Shown in pieces: positions 32,683 to 34,629 of a DNA stretch of 34,629 nucleotides. The notes beneath the pieces were generated by a model, which did no database searches, was not told where the DNA came from, and saw only the letters and a program-made list of their open reading frames with translations. The DNA lies in assembly GCF_001194135.2 (NCBI RefSeq), contig NC_068997.1:35587639-35622267 (forward strand), read 5' to 3'. Source of the DNA: Octopus bimaculoides (lineage: Eukaryota). Numbering within the stretch: position 1 is the stretch's first letter; each line of letters starts with the position of its first letter. The translations under genes and the position numbers were made by a program.

Positions 32683-33224
32683 TGATGTTTGATCAAAAAG
32701 TATCAATATTGTTGCTATGGTAATGGAACTAAAGTATGTAGAGTGAAGCCTCTTGGCACAGGCTGACCTTGAGCGCCATCACACATGCGCACTAAGTTAT
32801 AACATCTTTACTCACTTCCATTGTTTATAGTAGTGCTTGGAAGTAAAGTGTGTAGAGCGTGTTGTCTCAAAAAGATCAAGTTTCAGCTGCAGAGGATCTC
32901 CTTCGTTGTGTTGAGAAGGATGAAAACTCTTTGAAAATGGTCGTAACAGGTGACAAATCATGGGTCTATGGCTATGACTCTGAAACCAAGGCTTGAAAGG
33001 AATAAGATTTCAAGATACTGAGGAAATCCAAGAGAATGTGACCAGGCAGTTGCTGGCTATCCCAAAAAAGGAGTTCTAGGAATCCTTCCATCAATGGAAA
33101 TGTTGGATAAAATGTGCAGCCTCGAAAGGGGACTAAATCATAGAAGATTAAATCCTGAACTGATATGTGTTGTAGTTTTTTTTTTTTTACAGCACCAGTC
33201 CTAATGGTTTTTGATTAGAGCTCA
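32683..33224 (+). mobile_element. Internally deleted mariner (irritans-like) with both TIRs decayed
   Basis: TA then TGATGTTTGATCAAAAAGTATC at the left end; TTTTTGATTAGAGCTCA at the right end. The peptide VVTGDKSWVYGYDSETK is fused directly to KGIRFQDTEEIQENVTRQLLAIPKKEF. Confidence 0.82.
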
Positions 33225-33396
33225 AATAATACAATATAGTGTGAATAATACTTGAAAACCTTAACTCTTCAGTTTTAAGAAGGTTATCAAACAAACTTTT
33301 TAATTCATAGGAAAATTTAGGTTTAATGCAGACAGGCAATAAAGTCAAGTGCATATGTGTGTTAAATGAAAAATGGTATAAATTTGTAAACCAAAC

Positions 33397-33454
33397 CTTT
33401 TGCTCTGAATCTTGAATTTCTTTCTTTCTTTTTTTCATCATGTTAAAGAGGTCT
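33397..33454 (-). CDS. METTL25B: METTL25B/RRNAD1-like methyltransferase, first in-window exon (58 bp, xDLFNMMKKRKKEIQDSEQK)
   Basis: Acceptor tttcAG at 33455-33456 and donor GTTTGG at 33396. The exon ends in phase 0, matching the phase-0 start of the next exon. The peptide fits the charged helix that follows the SAM-binding region (recalled human DQELLQALEKEEKR). The donor is weak and the homology is short. Confidence 0.6.
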
Positions 33455-33651
33455 CTGAAATATTGAAACCATTTTAAGAATTACAACAAAATATTTACAT
33501 GACTATTTTGCACAAAAGTCAGATTTTTCCAAATTTGAATAAACTTAGCAAAGAATAATATAAAAAAAGAATACATCAAAATAAGATATGGATATTAATT
33601 GTATATTGAACAGATTTAATAGCCCATGAACAAAAGATTGAATAACTGATA

Positions 33652-34034
33652 GGCGCAGGTGTGGCTGTGTGGTAAGTAGCTTGCTTACCAACCACATGGT
33701 TCCAGGTTCAGTCCCACTGCGTGGCACCTTGGGCAAGTGCCTTCTACTATAGCCTCGGGCCGACCAAAGCCTTGTGAGTGGATTTGGTAGACGGAAACTG
33801 AAAGAATATATGCATGCGTGTGTATATGTTTGTGTGTGTGTCCTTAACATCACTTGATAACCGATGCTGGTGTGCTTACGTCCCCGTAACTTAGCGGTTC
33901 GGCAAAAGACACTGATAGAATAAGTACTAGGCTTACAAAGATTAAGTCCTGGGGTCGATTTGCTTGACTAAAGGCGGTGCTCTAGCATGGCCGCAGTCAA
34001 AATGACTGAAACAAGTAAAAGAGTAAAAGAGTAA
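33652..34034 (+). mobile_element. Full-length, young-looking tRNA-derived SINE
   Basis: GGCGCAGG start, A-box-like TGGCTGTGTGG, B-box-like GGTTCAGTCCC, internal (TG)-rich spacer, (GTAAAAGA)n tail, many CpGs retained. Confidence 0.9.
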
Positions 34035-34431
34035 CTGGGTGTTTTTATTTATCATATTTTCATATCAGTTTTTCAGTTTGGTAAGGATTTCAGTATATGG
34101 AGGTAAGCTTTTCCAACTTTTCTGTTCTTAAGAAACATTCATGTAATATTTCCTTATGTGACAAGTGGATTATCAAAAGTAAGTGCTATAGGATCTGAAA
34201 TTTTTCAGATTTCAGTTAAAACTAGCTAAAACCTAATATTTCAGTTAAGAAGATATATATATGTTTTTACACTTAATTTCCCATTTTAAATAGTTAAGCA
34301 ATTCTAAAACCAGTCATTTTCATAGGTTATTACTATCCGGTAGATACCCAGCACATTTGCTTCTTTTTGCACTGATCTGAAAAAATAACTAATTCCTCAT
34401 TTCTTTTTGGACTCATCTCAGTTTTAATAAT

Positions 34432-34629
34432 ATCATCATCATCATCATCATCATCGTTTAACGTCCGCTTTCCATGCTAGCATGGGTTGGACGATTTGAC
34501 TGAGGACTGGTGAAACCGGATGGCAACACCAGGCTCCAGTCTAATTTGGCAGAGTTTCTACAGCTGGATGCCCTTCCTAACGCCAACCACTCAGAGAGTG
34601 TAGTGGGTGCTTTTACGTGTCACCCGCAC
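34432..34629 (-). mobile_element. RTE-type 3' tail with (CAT)n, continuing past the window edge
   Basis: (ATC)n then GTTTAACGTCCGCTTTCCATGCTAGC...GGATGCCCTTCCTAACGCCAACCAC; inverse of 25830-26090. Confidence 0.85.

Noticed and set aside
33187-33396. C-terminal part of the 84-aa ORF as coding
   Set aside because: It lies past the proposed donor, is hydrophobic and AT-rich, and runs into a mariner end.
1-34629. CRISPR array, prokaryotic defence or operon-like system, rRNA
   Set aside because: No regularly spaced repeat-spacer array, no compact gene cluster and no rRNA-like sequence; the window is spliceosomal-intron eukaryotic DNA.

Overview
AT-rich eukaryotic genomic DNA. The SINE, RTE-tail and MITE families look like octopus (coleoid cephalopod) repeats; this is inferred from recall, not a database search. 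The only host gene is the 3' part of a METTL25B/RRNAD1-type methyltransferase on the minus strand. Six exons (33397-33454, 28600-29231, 23075-23211, 13588-13720, 6252-6442, 4125-4210) have GT-AG boundaries and matching phases. They give about 411 aa ending ...SPRNFVLLAAKSLH*, and the 5' exons lie beyond the window. Introns and the 3' flank are filled with decayed transposons: mariner and Tc1 elements, a Tigger/pogo remnant, a Helitron helicase fragment, a two-LTR Ty3/Gypsy element, the 5' end of a related Gypsy, RTE and CR1-like LINE pieces, Penelope-like pieces, tRNA-derived SINEs, TTAA MITEs and microsatellites. A 404-N gap lies at 1520-1923. Most interesting: (1) a 400-bp fold-back of two head-to-head copies of a tRNA-like-head plus minimal hammerhead-ribozyme element, each copy with a different lesion, 192 bp from an exon; (2) an intronic, in-frame-diverged duplicate of the GLHAC coding motif carrying one nonsense codon; (3) an insertion of roughly 100 aa in the methyltransferase. 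I found no intact novel multi-gene system, CRISPR array, rRNA or complete tRNA.
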